Shown piece after piece: positions 29,180 to 37,682 of a DNA stretch of 64,000 bases (its first letter is position 1; each line of letters begins with the position of its first letter). This DNA comes from Candidatus Dormiibacterota bacterium (GTDB lineage Bacteria > Chloroflexota > Dormibacteria > Aeolococcales > Aeolococcaceae). The stretch lies in assembly GCA_963823765.1 (NCBI GenBank), contig CAWGML010000002.1, positions 231,626-295,625 on the forward strand. Reading direction: 5' to 3'. The notes below the pieces were generated by a model. It was not told the DNA's origin, searched no databases, and saw nothing but the letters and a program-made list of their open reading frames with translations. The position numbers and the translations under genes were made by a program.

Positions 29180-30211
29180 TCAGGACGCGGCGTCCTCGCG
29201 ACGGTGCGTCGCCGCCAACTGGCTGAGCATGGCCGGGTCGAGGTCGGCGCCCTTGATGGTGGCCACCTTGCAGGGCGTGACCGCGCGCAGGGTGGCGGTG
29301 CGGCGACCGCCCTCGATGAGCGCGCGCTCGCCGAGGACCGCCCCGGGGCCGAGCTGGCCGAGCGCTGCCCCCTTGACCTCCACCGACACCACGCCGTCGA
29401 GCACCAGGAAGACGTCGGTGCCCTCGTCGCCCTCGCTGACCAGCGTTCCACCCTGCGACACGTTGCTGATCCGCGGCCTGGTACCGCCGCGCATGATGTG
29501 ACCGGACAGCTCGCGCTCCAGCGCCGTCTCCACCTCGCTCACCAGCGCCGGCAAGTCCTCGTCACCCCAGGGCGTGTGCGAGCCGAAGGCGCGACCCCAC
29601 CAGCCCTTGAAGTCGACCAGCCCCGACTTGAGGACGAGGGCGCCCTCGCGGTCGTAGATCCAGTGGCGCGGGAAGGGGCTGGCCCCGACCACCTCCTGCT
29701 CCGAGCTGCCGTCGGCGTGGATGGTCAGGGCCAGCGTCGTCCATGCCAGCGGAGCCGAGACCTGCACGAAGGGCGGGTACTTGACGCGGCGCGGCGCGGG
29801 CACGCCGGTGCGGCCGCCGCAGGTCTGGACGAATCGCACCGATGTGTCGGTCACGACCGGGGGCTGCTGGCGGTCCGGGAACGCCACCGGGGCGAAGGTG
29901 GCCACCTTGCCGCCCAGCTTCACGGTGGTCGAGTCGATGTGCCCCCGGCCGCTGTACCCGTGCGCCGTGATGCGGCCGTCATCGACCTCGATCCACGCCT
30001 GCAGCTCGTTGGCGAAACGGAAGCGATGGGCGTCGGCGAGATCCCCGAGCCCGGCGATGTGGTCCGGTGGCGGGTCGTCGTAATGGGTCACGCCCATGTC
30101 GAAGGGGAGGCGGGTCATGCCCCGCACTGCCTCTGAGGGAATCCACGAGATCGAGGTGACCGACGATTCGATGCGCACTGCCTGTACCTCCACCGCCACG
30201 GTCGCGCTCAC
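29180..30211 (-). CDS. protein with an unknown ~235-aa N-terminal domain and a C-terminal cyclic-nucleotide-binding domain (no HTH)
   Basis: C-terminal GTLVSEGDEGTDVFLVLDGVVSV...LGPGAVLGERALIEGGRRTATLRA (cNMP-binding beta-barrel with the GE..L....RTA phosphate-binding cassette). Confidence 0.8.
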   Translation of the reverse strand: MSATVAVEVQAVRIESSVTSISWIPSEAVRGMTRLPFDMGVTHYDDPPPDHIAGLGDLADAHRFRFANELQAWIEVDDGRITAHGYSGRGHIDSTTVKLGGKVATFAPVAFPDRQQPPVVTDTSVRFVQTCGGRTGVPAPRRVKYPPFVQVSAPLAWTTLALTIHADGSSEQEVVGASPFPRHWIYDREGALVLKSGLVDFKGWWGRAFGSHTPWGDEDLPALVSEVETALERELSGHIMRGGTRPRISNVSQGGTLVSEGDEGTDVFLVLDGVVSVEVKGAALGQLGPGAVLGERALIEGGRRTATLRAVTPCKVATIKGADLDPAMLSQLAATHRREDAAS

Positions 30212-30321
30212 CCGGAGGTGCGTCGAGGGTGCCGGCGCGAGATTCTCCGGGGATGCTTCCCACCGGCAATCCTAGTGCCCACCCCCATTGCCGAATCCCG
30301 GGCGACGCCTACAGTCGCGTC

Positions 30322-31650
30322 ATGGCACCAAACGCGTCCATACGGGTGGTGCTCGCTGACGACAACCTGATCGTCCGCGAGGGGGTGCGGGCGCTCCTGC
30401 TCACCGCCGGCGACGTCGACGTGGTCGGGGTCGCCGGTGACTACGACGAGCTGGTCGCGGCGGCGGATGCGCTGACCCCGCACGTGGTTGTCACCGACAT
30501 CCGCATGCCGCCCAACTTCACCGACGAGGGGATCCGGGCCGCGCGGCTGATCCGCAAGCAGCACCCGGGAACGGGCGTCGTGATCCTCTCGCAGTACGAC
30601 GAGCCCGAGTACGCCATCTCCCTGCTGAGCGAGGGGGCCGCCGGCTATGCGTACCTGCTCAAGGACCGGGTCGCCGAGGGTGACCAGCTGGCCCGCGCGG
30701 TGCGCGAGGTGAGCGCCGGTGGCTCGATGCTCGACCCGCGCATCGTCAACGCGCTCACCAAGCCGGTGACCGACAGTGGCGGCCTCAGCGACAGCGACGA
30801 GCGGCTCCTGCAGATGGTGGCGGAGGGACGCCCGATCAAGGCGATCGCGGTGGCCACCAACTCCACCCCTGAGGCAGTCTCCGACGCTGTCGAGCAGCTC
30901 TTCCTGACGCTGGCCCAGCAGGCCAGCACCGGCACGCAGAGCGCCCTGCAGCGGCTTCGCCTGCTGCACCGGGCGATCGTCGATCGTGAAGAGCAGGGGG
31001 AGAGCCTGAGCCGGATGCTCCCCGGCGGCATCGCGCAGAAGCTGCGTGAGCAGGGCGTCAAGCCCGGCGAGACCGAGCGGCTGAGGGTCACGGTGCTGAT
31101 GTCGGACATTCGCGCGTACTCGACGATCGCGGAGATGGCCGACCCCAGCGTCCTCGCCGGCCAGCTCCACGAGCACCGCGCCGAGATGAACCACGCGCTG
31201 CTCGGCGAGAACGGCACGGTGATGCAGTTCGTCGGCGACGCGGTGATGGCGGTGTTCGGAGCGCCGTTCCCGCAGCCCGACCAGTGCGAGCGCGCAGTGG
31301 CGGCAGCCGAGGCGATGCACGCGCGCCAGGCCCAGCTCAACGCGCGCTGGGACGTGGCCGGGCTGCCGCCCTTCCACCTCGGCATCGGCGTTTCCACGGG
31401 TGACGTCGCCGCCGCGCTGCTGGGCTCGGACGAGCGCCTCGAGTACTCGGTGGTCGGCGACGCGGTGAACCTCGCGCAGCGACTGCAGCAGTGGGCCGAG
31501 GGCGGCCAGACGGTGCTCAGCGAGCCGACGTTCGCCGCGCTCGCGCAGGCGCCGCATGCGGAACGGCTCGAGCCGGCACTGGTCAAGGGGCGGCAGACGC
31601 CCGTGGGCGCGTACCGCATCGGCGTCGCGGTCGCGAGCGTGCCGGCGTGA
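30322..31650 (+). CDS. response-regulator receiver + degenerate LuxR-type HTH + class III adenylate/guanylate cyclase fusion
   Basis: REC: IRVVLADDN...VVVTDIRMPPNFTDEG. HTH-like: LSDSDERLLQMVAEGRPIKAIAVATNSTPEAVSDAVEQLF. Cyclase: VTVLMSDIRAYS...FVGDAVMAVFGAP...GIGVSTGDV...EYSVVGDAVNLAQRL. Confidence 0.85.
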   Translation: MAPNASIRVVLADDNLIVREGVRALLLTAGDVDVVGVAGDYDELVAAADALTPHVVVTDIRMPPNFTDEGIRAARLIRKQHPGTGVVILSQYDEPEYAISLLSEGAAGYAYLLKDRVAEGDQLARAVREVSAGGSMLDPRIVNALTKPVTDSGGLSDSDERLLQMVAEGRPIKAIAVATNSTPEAVSDAVEQLFLTLAQQASTGTQSALQRLRLLHRAIVDREEQGESLSRMLPGGIAQKLREQGVKPGETERLRVTVLMSDIRAYSTIAEMADPSVLAGQLHEHRAEMNHALLGENGTVMQFVGDAVMAVFGAPFPQPDQCERAVAAAEAMHARQAQLNARWDVAGLPPFHLGIGVSTGDVAAALLGSDERLEYSVVGDAVNLAQRLQQWAEGGQTVLSEPTFAALAQAPHAERLEPALVKGRQTPVGAYRIGVAVASVPA

Positions 31651-33795
31651 ATGACCAGGCCGCGCGGCGCCGCACCACCGCGATCGCCGTTGCACTCGCC
31701 GTCTTCGCTCTCGCCGGAGCGGCGACGACCGTCGTGCTTGCGGTGCTCAACCGAGCGCACCTGCCCAACCTTGACGCGGCAGACCCATCCTCGATCGCGG
31801 TGCCCATGGGAGCGATCATCGGCGTGCTGGTGGCGTGGCGCCGTCCCCACAACCCGGTGGGATGGCTCATCCTGTTCATCGCGGTTGCCTCGAGCCTGCA
31901 GGGTGTCGAGGACCAGTACACCCGCTTCGCGCTGCTCACGCACCCGGGTCTGCCCGGCGCCGTCTGGTCCGAGTGGCTCGGCAGCTTCGTGGCGGTGCCG
32001 ATCTTCCCCGCAGGCGCCGTGGCCTGGCTCCTCGTGCTGCTGCCCGATGGTCACCTGCCCTCGCCACGCTGGCGACTTCTCCTGGTCGCGGGCGCGGTGG
32101 ACACCGCTGTCCTGGTGGTCGTCACGGCATTCGCCCCCGGCCCGCTGAACGTCGGCACCAATGGCGCCAACTACCCCAACCTGAACAACCCGCTGGGCCT
32201 GGGTGCTCTCCAAGCGTTCTCTGCCAACGGGAGCGCGCTGTTGGGGGGCGTGATCTGGTTCAGCGGGCTCGCCCTCCTGCTCATCGCCGGCGTTGCCCCG
32301 CTGCGGCGGTTGCGACGCGCCAGCGGTGATGAACGCCAGCAGCTTGAAGTGGGTCGCCTACGCGGTGCTGGTCACTGTGGCAACGGTGGTCGTCTTCGTC
32401 TTCCTGGCCGGTTCCGTACTGCCCAGTTGGACGTTCGACATCCCCATCGTCCTCGGTTTCGGGGTGGCATTCCCGGTGGCGATTGGGCTGGCGATATTCA
32501 AGTACCGCCTGTACGACATCGACGTGGTCATCAGCCGCACGCTCGTGTACGGCTCGCTGGCGGCGTTCATCACCGCCGTCTACGTCGGCATCGCCGTCGG
32601 CTTGGGCGCGCTCGTGGGGGGCGGGGGCAAGCCCAACCTGGCGCTGTCGATCGTCGCCACCGCGATCGTGGCGGTGGGATTCCAACCGGTACGTGAGCGT
32701 GTGCAACGAGTCGCCAACCGGTTCGTGTACGGCAAGCGGGCGACGCCGTACGAGGTGCTGTCGCAGTTCTCCGAGCGCGTCGCCGAGTCATACGCCGCCG
32801 AGGAGGTGATGCCACGCATGGCGCGGGTGCTCGCCGACGGGACAGGTGCGCAGCGCGCCGACGTGTGGCTGCGCAGTGCCGGGACCTGGCACCAGGCTGC
32901 GGTGTGGCCCACCGACGCCGCGCTCGCTGAGCCGATCGCCGCGGTCGATGGCACGCTGCCGACGCTCGGCGGAGTCAGCCGGCTCGTCGAGGTGCGCCAC
33001 CAGGGCCAGCTGCTCGGTGCGCTGGGGGTAACCAAGCGCAGCGGAGAGACGCTGACACCCGTCGAGGAGAACCTGCTCAACGACCTCGCCGGCCAGGCCG
33101 GGCTGGTGCTGAAGAACGTCGGTCTCACCAGCGACCTCCAGGCCCGGCTCGCCGACCTGCGTGCGTCGCGCCAGCGCCTGGTCACCGCGCAGGACCAGGA
33201 ACGCCGCCGGCTGGAACGCAACCTCCACGACGGCGCCCAGCAACACCTGGTGGCGCTCAAGGTGAAGCTGGGCCTCGCCGAGATGCTCGCGTCGCGCGAC
33301 CCGGAGAAGGCCACGGCGACGATCGCGCAGCTCAAGGACGACGCCGACGAGGCACTCGAGACCCTGCGCGACCTCGCGCGCGGGATCTACCCGCCGCTAC
33401 TCGCCGAGAAAGGCCTCGGGGTTGCGCTCGAGTCGCAGGCGCGCAAGGCCACCGTCCCGGTGACCGTGGACGCCGAGGGAATCGGCCGCTACTCCCAGGA
33501 CGTCGAGGCGGCCGTGTACTTCTCGGTGCTCGAGGCGCTCCAGAACGTGCAGAAGTACGCGCAGGCGTCGCAAGCGACGGTGCGTCTGCGTGAGGAGGGC
33601 GGCTCACTCAGGTTTGACGTGGCCGATGACGGCATGGGTTTCGACATCGCCACCACCTCCAGGGGATCGGGCCTCACCAACATGGCAGACCGCGTCGACG
33701 CGCTGGATGGTCAGGTGAAGCTCACGTCGGAACCCGGCCGGGGAACCCAGCTGCAAGGGTCGCTGCCGGTGATGGCCGTCGGTCTGCAGGCGTGA
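31647..33795 (+). pseudogene. multi-TM sensor histidine kinase (GAF-like + HisKA_3 + HATPase_c), paralog 1; one frame break
   Basis: GTG 31647 (GTGA overlap with the cyclase stop). Membrane domain runs to ...RRASGDERQQL, then a +1 hop near 32346 to KWVAYAVLV.... The paralog reads GDERQQLKWIAYAV uninterrupted. H-box RRLERNLHDGAQQHL. Confidence 0.85.
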
Positions 33796-36023
33796 GCCAG
33801 CCCCGGACGCGTCCGCGCTGGGCGATGCCGCTGGCCCTTGCGCTGGGGGGATGCGCAGTGGCCGCGTCGCTGGCCACGGCGGCCCTGGCCACGGTGAACA
33901 GCGCATCGCTGCCCAACCTCGACGCCGCCGACCCCATCGCCATCGTCGTCCCCATCGGCCTGGGGGTGGTTGGCGCCCTGGTAGCGTCGCGCCAGCCTCG
34001 CAACGCCACCGGCTGGTTGTTCGTTGCGGCTGCAGTGGTCACCGCACTGGGCGGGGCCGCGGACCAGTACGCGCGCCTGGGGCTGATCACTCACCCCGGT
34101 GTCGTGCCGGACGCGGTCTGGGCACTCTGGTTCAACAGTTGGTCGCTCGCCCTGGTGTTCCCAACGGGCGCGGTGGCGATGCTCCTCCTGCTGCTTCCCG
34201 ACGGCCACCTGCCGTCAAGGAGATGGCAACCAGTGATGGGGCTGGCGGCCTTCCTGGCCGGCGCCTTCGTCTTCCTTGGAGTGTTTGCGCCCGGCCCCCT
34301 GAACCCGCAGACAAGCGCAGGGTGGGCGTCACCACCGATCAACCCGAGCGGCGTTGCCGCCCTCTCCGGCGTGCTCGCCAACGGCGGACAGGGCGGCCTC
34401 GGCCTGCTTTGGCCGCTCGGCCTGGTGGTGCTGCTGGCCGCGGCCTCCGCACCGCTGGTGCGCATGCGCAGGTCTGCGGGTGACGAGCGACAGCAGCTCA
34501 AGTGGATCGCCTACGCCGTCTTCACCACGGCGCTGGTGTGCCTGCCACTGGGCTTCCTGACCGGCTCGGTCCTCCCGGACTGGGCCTTCGACCCGGCGAT
34601 CATCGCCGGGTTCGGGATCGCTGTGCCGGCAGCCGCCTGTGTGGCGATCTTCAAACACAGGCTCTACGACATCGACATCGTCATCAGTCGCACGCTGGTG
34701 TACGGCTCGCTGGCGGTCTTCATCACCGCGGTGTACGTCGGTATCGCCGTGGGCATCGGCGCGCTCGTCGGTGGCGGCGGCAAGCCCAACCTGGGCCTGT
34801 CGATCCTGGCGACCGCCATCGTCGCCGTTGGATTCCAGCCGGTGCGCGAGCGCGTGCAGCATGTCGCCAATCGGCTCGTGTACGGGCAGCGGGCAACGCC
34901 TTATGAGGTGCTCTCACAGTTCTCGGAGCGTGTCGCCGAGTCCTACGCCGGAGACGACGTCATGCCCAGGATGGCGCGCGTCCTCGCCGAGGGGACAGGG
35001 GCGCAGCGCGCTGACGTGTGGCTGCGCAGCGGAACCGCCTGGCGCGACGCGGCGGTCTGGCCGCTGGATGTACCGGCTGCAGAACCGATCGCCGTCGAGA
35101 ACGGGACGCTACCGTCGCTCGACGGGGTCAGCCGGGTTGTCGAGGTGCGCCACCAGGGCGACCTTCTCGGTGCGCTGAGCGTGACCAAGCGCAGCGGCGA
35201 ATCCCTGAGTCCAGTGGAGGAGAACCTGCTGTCCCACCTTGCTGGTCAGGCGGGCCTGGTTCTGAAGAACGTCGGCCTCACCGCCGATCTGCAAGCCCGG
35301 CTCGTCGACCTGCGCGCCTCGCGTCAGCGGCTCGTCTCCGCGCAGGACGAGGAGCGCCGACGTCTGGAGCGCAACCTGCACGACGGCGCCCAGCAACACC
35401 TGGTGGCGCTCAAGGTGAAGCTGGGCCTTGCCGAAATGCTGATGGGTCGCGACGTGGAGAAGGCGACCGCCACACTGAACCAGTTGAAGGGTGACGCCGA
35501 CGAAGCCCTCGAGACGTTGCGCGACCTGGCTCGCGGCATCTACCCGCCGCTGCTCGCCGACAGGGGGCTGCAGGCGGCCCTCGAGTCGCAAGCCCGCAAG
35601 GCGATCATCCCGGTGACGGTGGACGCCGAGGGGCTCGGCCGCTACCCGCAGGACGTCGAGGCCGCAGTGTACTTCTCGGTGCTCGAGGCACTGCAGAACG
35701 TGCAGAAGTACGCGCAGGCGTCACGCGTCGCGGTGCGGCTGTGCGAGCAACAGGGCGAGTTGCGTTTTGGGGTCGTCGACGATGGCCAGGGCTTCGACGT
35801 CGGCGCCACCGCCAAGGGCTCCGGCCTCACCAACATGGCAGACCGCCTGGACGCCCTCGGCGGCACCATGACAGTGCGCTCGGCGCCCGGCAACGGGACC
35901 GAGCTCTTCGGATCGCTCCCCGTCTACGGGGCGAGCGCCGCTGCCGACCAGGCCTCTTCAAGCCGTTCTGGGCTGAACTCCGACTTGGGAATGAAGCCGG
36001 CGGCGCCGACCTCCTCGGCTTGA
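33792..36023 (+). CDS. multi-TM sensor histidine kinase (GAF-like + HisKA_3 + HATPase_c), paralog 2
   Basis: 743-aa intact ORF, GTGA overlap with paralog 1. RRLERNLHDGAQQHLVALKV, VLEALQNVQKYA, GSGLTNMADR. The last ~30 codons have low GC3 and overlap the convergent REC gene. Confidence 0.85.
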   Translation: MSQPRTRPRWAMPLALALGGCAVAASLATAALATVNSASLPNLDAADPIAIVVPIGLGVVGALVASRQPRNATGWLFVAAAVVTALGGAADQYARLGLITHPGVVPDAVWALWFNSWSLALVFPTGAVAMLLLLLPDGHLPSRRWQPVMGLAAFLAGAFVFLGVFAPGPLNPQTSAGWASPPINPSGVAALSGVLANGGQGGLGLLWPLGLVVLLAAASAPLVRMRRSAGDERQQLKWIAYAVFTTALVCLPLGFLTGSVLPDWAFDPAIIAGFGIAVPAAACVAIFKHRLYDIDIVISRTLVYGSLAVFITAVYVGIAVGIGALVGGGGKPNLGLSILATAIVAVGFQPVRERVQHVANRLVYGQRATPYEVLSQFSERVAESYAGDDVMPRMARVLAEGTGAQRADVWLRSGTAWRDAAVWPLDVPAAEPIAVENGTLPSLDGVSRVVEVRHQGDLLGALSVTKRSGESLSPVEENLLSHLAGQAGLVLKNVGLTADLQARLVDLRASRQRLVSAQDEERRRLERNLHDGAQQHLVALKVKLGLAEMLMGRDVEKATATLNQLKGDADEALETLRDLARGIYPPLLADRGLQAALESQARKAIIPVTVDAEGLGRYPQDVEAAVYFSVLEALQNVQKYAQASRVAVRLCEQQGELRFGVVDDGQGFDVGATAKGSGLTNMADRLDALGGTMTVRSAPGNGTELFGSLPVYGASAAADQASSSRSGLNSDLGMKPAAPTSSA

Positions 36024-36307
36024 GGGCCGTACTCGGCGGCCTCGTACGTGGAGAGCACGAGCACGACCACCGGCTTGCCGCCGGCATGGTCGGCGAGGAT
36101 CCGTCGCGTCGCCTCGAGACCATTGATCCCCGGCAGGTTGACGTCCATGAGCACCAGGTCTGGGTTGAGCTCGTGGGCGCTGCTTACGGAGTCCTCGCCC
36201 GTCTCCGCTTCGCCGACCACCTCGAACCCGTCGGTCATCTCGACGACGGTGCGCGCCACCGCGCGGAAGGGCTCCTGGTCGTCGACGATGAGCACGCGAA
36301 CCGGCAT
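35924..36307 (-). CDS. stand-alone receiver-domain response regulator (CheY-like)
   Basis: MPVRVLIVDDQEPFR...DLVLMDVNLPGINGLE...VLSTY...GAAGFIPKSEF. Confidence 0.85.
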   Translation of the reverse strand: MPVRVLIVDDQEPFRAVARTVVEMTDGFEVVGEAETGEDSVSSAHELNPDLVLMDVNLPGINGLEATRRILADHAGGKPVVVLVLSTYEAAEYGPQAEEVGAAGFIPKSEFSPERLEEAWSAAALAP

Positions 36308-36381
36308 GACACGAGGATAAGCGCCACGGCTGCCCGCGACCAATGGTGCCAGCCCCACTCCGGCAGGGAGGCAAGCCCCTG

Positions 36382-37098
36382 ATGGCTGCCCTCGAATATC
36401 CTCGCGGCGTGCCGCTCCGTGTCGTTCTCGCCGAGGACAACTACCTCCTCCGCGAGGGGCTCGCGCAGCTGCTCGGTTCGTCGGAGGACATCGAGCTCGT
36501 GGGAGTGTGCGGTGACCTGCCCGCGCTGGAGCGGGCGATCGACGAGCGCGACCCCGACGTCGTCGTCACCGACATCCGCATGCCCCCGACAGGGACGGAT
36601 GAAGGGCTGCGCGCGGCGGAGCGGCTGCGCTCCGAGCGTCCGCGTGTGGGCGTGGTGGTGCTGAGCCAGTACGCCGAGCCGGAGTACGCGCTCGGGCTGC
36701 TCAAGGACGGGGCCGCCGGCCGCGCCTACCTCCTCAAGGAGCGCGTCTCCGACATGGACCAGCTGGTGCGGGCGATCCGCGAGGTGGCCCGAGGAGGCTC
36801 AGTCATCGACCCGGCGGTGGTCGAGGCGCTGGTCGCGTCCCGCGCCGCGGCCAGGGACTCCCCGCTCCGTGAGCTGACTCCTCGCGAGAGCGAGGTGCTC
36901 TCGCAGGTGGCCCAGGGGAGGAACAACGCGGGGATCGCGGCGGCCCTCTCGCTCACCGACCGGGCCGTCGAGAAGCACATCAACGCGATCTTCTCCAAGC
37001 TCGGGCTGTCCGAGCAGCCCGACACCCATCGCCGGGTCAAGGCCACCCTCGTCTACCTCGCCGAGCATCGCCCGCCCGCCGCCACGAACCAGGCCTAG
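36382..37098 (+). CDS. NarL/LuxR-family response regulator
   Basis: LRVVLAEDNYLLREG...VVVTDIRMPPTGTDEG..., plus LTPRESEVLSQVAQGRNNAGIAAALSLTDRAVEKHINAIFSKLG. GGGAGG lies 11 nt before ATG 36382. Confidence 0.9.
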   Translation: MAALEYPRGVPLRVVLAEDNYLLREGLAQLLGSSEDIELVGVCGDLPALERAIDERDPDVVVTDIRMPPTGTDEGLRAAERLRSERPRVGVVVLSQYAEPEYALGLLKDGAAGRAYLLKERVSDMDQLVRAIREVARGGSVIDPAVVEALVASRAAARDSPLRELTPRESEVLSQVAQGRNNAGIAAALSLTDRAVEKHINAIFSKLGLSEQPDTHRRVKATLVYLAEHRPPAATNQA

Positions 37099-37121
37099 GC
37101 CCGAGGAACGGTCCGGCGGCG

Positions 37122-37127
37122 TACAAT
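37122..37127 (+). promoter_or_regulatory. candidate -10 hexamer (TACAAT) for csp with a ~95-nt leader
   Basis: An AT-rich TACAAT hexamer in an otherwise GC-rich intergenic region upstream of csp. No convincing -35. Confidence 0.25.
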
Positions 37128-37230
37128 GGGCCAGTCGGCCGCAATGGTCGGCAGTCGCTCGTGCTTCGTCCTCGCCTTCTCGAACGGACCGCGCGTCGTC
37201 GAGAAGAGTCGAGAGGGAAGGAGACACGAT

Positions 37231-37443
37231 ATGTCCACCAACGGGACAATCAAGAAGGTCCAGAGCGACCGCGGCTTCGGGTTCATCGCCGCCGAGGATG
37301 GAGAGGAGTACTTCTTCCATCGCAGTGGCCTCGACCCGTCGCTGAACTTCGACAGCCTGGCGGGCGGCGAAGCCGTCACGTTCGAGGTCGAGAAGAGCGA
37401 CAAGGGCCCGCGGGCCAGCCGCGTGCGCGCTCAGGGCAGCTGA
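37231..37443 (+). CDS. cold-shock domain protein
   Basis: GTIKKVQSDRGFGFIAAEDGEEYFFH (RNP1/RNP2 motifs). GGGAAGGAG before ATG 37231. Confidence 0.9.
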   Translation: MSTNGTIKKVQSDRGFGFIAAEDGEEYFFHRSGLDPSLNFDSLAGGEAVTFEVEKSDKGPRASRVRAQGS

Positions 37444-37461
37444 ACCAGCACCTGGACGGGA

Positions 37462-37489
37462 CCGGGGGCATCGCGCCCCCGGCCTTTCC
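37462..37489 (+). terminator. hairpin after csp
   Basis: CCGGGGGC-ATCGC-GCCCCCGG followed by CCTTTCC (weak U tract). Confidence 0.4.
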
Positions 37490-37682
37490 GGGGTCGGCCC
37501 AGCTCCCCGGTCGCCGCACCGGGTGGAGCTCCAGCCCCTGATCTGATCTCAGCCGGGCACGGCTGAACGCCCACCGAACGCGTCGAACAACGCGAAGGTA
37601 GCAATCTCATCGGACCTTTGTTACAGTTCTGTCCAACAAGAAGCGATTGGGGCATTTGCCCCGCTTGTATGGAGGTCCACCG

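Larger units (their letters stand above)
31647..36023 (+). repeat. tandem duplication of a ~2.2-kb kinase gene
   Basis: The two kinase genes align end to end. By eye about 85% nucleotide identity in the segments I compared (e.g. 32510-32880 vs 34660-35030). Confidence 0.75.

Noticed and set aside
31651-32148. 165-aa ORF starting at ATG 31651
   Set aside because: An alternative frame of the kinase membrane domain. It is P/R/S-rich, whereas the GTG 31647 frame gives hydrophobic helices collinear with paralog 2.
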